A stretch of DNA of 64,000 nucleotides from Takakia lepidozioides (Eukaryota; Plantae; Bryophyta): positions 61,194,001 through 61,258,000 of the forward strand of contig CM060732.1 of the NCBI GenBank assembly GCA_030704615.1, read 5' to 3'. The translations under genes and the position numbers were made by a program. The notes under the pieces are model-generated. The model made no database searches and had not been told where the DNA came from. It saw nothing but the letters and a program-made list of their open reading frames with translations. Of this stretch, positions 61,277 through 64,000 are shown one piece after another; the first letter of the stretch is position 1, and each line of letters starts with the position of its first letter.

Positions 61277-61490
61277 CAGTGTTGTGCGGGTTCTGCCTTG
61301 TTAAGGAACCCGCCGGGTCCGGGTTCGGGTTTTTTTAGGAGCCAAGTCCGGGTCCGGATCCGGGTTTTTGAAATTTGGAAAATCCGGGTCCGGGTTCGGG
61401 TCCGGGTTTGCCAACATGGACTCAGGTTAGGGTCCGGGTAGTTGTTGGGAAATATTAGCAGGTTCACCTGTTCGGATCCGGGTCCTAATT
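61277..61490. mobile_element. hAT-type MITE end with CCGGGT(C/T)CGG subterminal repeats
   Basis: Begins CAGTGTTG. The matching end and TSD were not found. Confidence 0.5.
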
Positions 61491-61561
61491 AATTGATTAA
61501 ATAAATTATAAAAATAAGATTAATTAGGGATAAAATTATTTTTGGCTGGTAAAAACTTTAA

Positions 61562-62382
61562 CCCTTAAGTTCCCAAGCGACTTGAATCGGATCACTTTGA
61601 ATTTGCAGTTCGACCTAATTTTTGCAGATCTAATCTGATGGGCCCCACTCCTGAAGCTTTAATGACAAGGGATTGTCTCCAGTATGATGCAAAAAACAAA
61701 ATTAAAAAACAACTAAAGCTACGACCTACCAAAAAAAAAAATCTTAGATCTCTCATTTACGTTTTGGGCCTGAAAAGGGCTTGTTGACCGCTGATGTGGC
61801 AGGTAAACAAGCCCAAAAACAGATTGCACTCCAAAGCCCATTTTTGGTGAAAAATAGCAATTTTGGAAAAAGCACTTCACCTTGTGTTGTGTGAGCATTA
61901 CATACACACATCCACCATTGGCTTTCAAAACATTTATAGAAAAAAAAAGTACTTCATTTGGAGGCACATTTTCTCTTGTCAATTTTGAGATTTCTACCCC
62001 TATGTAATTGCATGCAAAGCAACTGAAAAAATCAGTTGGACCTGCAATTTAGTGGGGTCATAGCCACTCCACTATTGATTTGGAAATGGTGGGTCTTGGG
62101 GCAAGCAAAATTGGAGAAAGCTAGGTTTTGATTTGGTCAAACCTATTTCTTTCTCACTTCTTTTTCGGGACCTGATATTTGAGGTCCGGGCCAACGTTAT
62201 AATCTCACAATTTTCAGGGTGGACTTGGCTCATTTTTTGGTATGTCATGCATAAATGAGCTGGGCCCATCGCTATAAGGTTGAAATCTCTGGATGATTTT
62301 TGGTAGGTTTCTAGGGGCGATTTACTGCAGCTGGGTACCCAAAATTGGTAAAATGTCAAAAAAGGGCTTGGGAACTTAAGGG
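61562..62382. mobile_element. Non-autonomous piggyBac (MITE), 821 bp
   Basis: 17-bp TIR CCCTTAAGTTCCCAAGC, flanked by TTAA (61558-61561) and CTAA (62383-62386). Confidence 0.88.
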
Positions 62383-62612
62383 CTAAATCCTAATAATGAA
62401 TTTTATTTTAAGAGACATTCCTTCAAAATATAGCTCGAGAAGTACATATGCTTGCTATGGTGTATTGAAAAAGAGGGAGCGTGGGATCACGGTATGGAAG
62501 CTGGGACTGCAGAGCTTTGTCTCTAGCATGAAAATAGAGGATCTCTATTTATAGAACAGTTAGCCCAATGGTTGGGAGTTTGTACTTGACTCTGTATAAT
62601 ATAGTACATAAC

Positions 62613-62792
62613 ACCAGCATGTAGCCAGTGGTAATGGGCACATACCACGTTGGATGTGGTTGTGGGTTCAAACCACGGTCTGGTGTGTCATGAAGGTGTC
62701 CACCTTTCAGCTGGAAGGCAGTAGCCCTTGTGGTGAAGTGACACCATAAGTTACGCTCCCTTGGGGAGGCGTCATACATTTTTTATTTTTTT
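62613..62792 (+). mobile_element. tRNA-derived SINE with poly-T tail
   Basis: A box TAGCCAGTGG, B box GGTTCAAACC, T tail, and 11-bp TSD TAGTACATAAC (62602-62612 and 62793-62803). Confidence 0.8.
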
Positions 62793-62909
62793 TAGTACAT
62801 AACGCCTTCCAAATGAAGCCTAAATTATGGTGTCTCTTCACCCTAAGGATTACGGGCCCTCCGACACAAAGCTGGACATTTTTGTGACACTAATGGGTGG
62901 ATTTAACCA

Positions 62910-63790
62910 CTATTGGACCGGTATATAGGTCCAACCCGGGTATCAATACTGATATCAACCCGGGTAGGTAAGACGACACCGGCTGGTAGTTAGGGTGGCC
63001 AATACCCGGGCAATACCATACTAGGGGCAATATATACTTTGCTCCGCGGTTATTAGTTTTTTTTAATATCCGCTGGGTCCGGATACTTGACAAATCAGAG
63101 AATGATATATCATGCGGATCCGGATATTAGAATATCCGCCGGTTATGCAAACTAGAAGCTTTTTGAAATCTGCTATAAGTCCGGATATTCAGATTATAAT
63201 ATCCGCCGGTTATAGAGTAATCCGGATATATGAATCATAAGAATAACATCTTTTAACATTTTCATTTAATAAATTTAAATCATTACAATTCTAGTAAAAT
63301 ATTAATATTTTATATTTTATTGATATTTTTATTGATTTTTATTATACTATTAATGGTCCTATTTTGGTACTATTAATCTTTTTTATATCCGGCGGGTAGG
63401 ATCCTATTCGGATCCTCTATTTTATGTATCCGCCGGATATCAAATAGGTGCGGGATCCAGATCTAGATACATTGGTATCCGGATTGATATCCAGATTTTG
63501 ATATCCGGATCACTCTATATCCGCCCAACATTGGTATAAACCAGTGTTGGACCGGTATCATCAACATTTCATACCAGCCAGGGTATGGTATTGTCAGTGA
63601 AGATGCCTCCTTCATACTTGGCAGGTAATTGTATCAAGGTAGGTATTAAGCTTTTAATGTACCAGTCTGGATGTATATTGTGTTTGTTTGGCCTAGTATG
63701 GTATGGTATCAGTATTTCAAATTTCAAATCTTATACTGGGGATATATCAATACTGGTATCAATACAGTTTTTTTTTTTTAAACTGAAAAA
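62910..63790. repeat. Nested MITE-like repeats (ATATCCGG-rich segment ~63060-63533 within GGTAT/ATACC-rich sequence)
   Basis: Many short inverted motif copies around AT-rich cores. Boundaries uncertain. Confidence 0.55.
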
Positions 63791-64000
63791 TAAAAATCTG
63801 TCCAAATTATACCGCTGAGGTGAGCACTTCAGCGGCTAGTGCCGCAATTCATAATAACAAAGAGCTAGATCTCACCTTAGGTAATTTGAGGTCAGCCATA
63901 TTACAGGCTGATAAATGAGACAATGCTCCAAGCCTAAGCAGATTTTTGAATGGCAAAATCAAGGCCCCCAAAATCGCCATTCAGATCGTCTCAATCAAAG

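Noticed and set aside
61277-63533. One large hAT element bounded by CAGTGTTGTGCGG and CCGCCCAACATTG
   Set aside because: The 8-bp flanks differ (GTGCTATC versus GTATAAAC) and the two ends have different subterminal motifs.

Overview
Eukaryotic nuclear DNA from an early-diverging land plant. It is most likely a moss with heavy organellar RNA editing, inferred from a cox1 NUMT with a group II intron at the moss-type position and from PLS/DYW PPR remnants. The first ~24 kb is a nest of DNA transposons. (1) A decayed hAT element. (2) A decayed Mutator-like element whose transposase has a GCM-type zinc domain and which carries a phased array of 19 palindromes (CRISPR-like layout, ATGCGG half-sites). 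(3) A 5.1-kb Pack-CACTA inserted in that transposase and loaded with PPR and RPL35 fragments. (4) An LTR-retroelement-like segment with an orphan ORF. (5) A full-length piggyBac (TTAA TSDs, 14-bp TIRs, intact DDD core) with extra upstream ORFs. A second mosaic of the same PPR parts follows at 21.4-24.3 kb. From 24.6 to 61 kb the window is gene-dense: NUDX20-like, NSE4, WUN1/SnoaL-like, MCCB, DUF1218, CCB2, a BTB/POZ gene and two paralogues of an unrecognised family. The last 3 kb holds MITEs (one piggyBac-type) and a SINE. All calls were made by eye; no searches were run.
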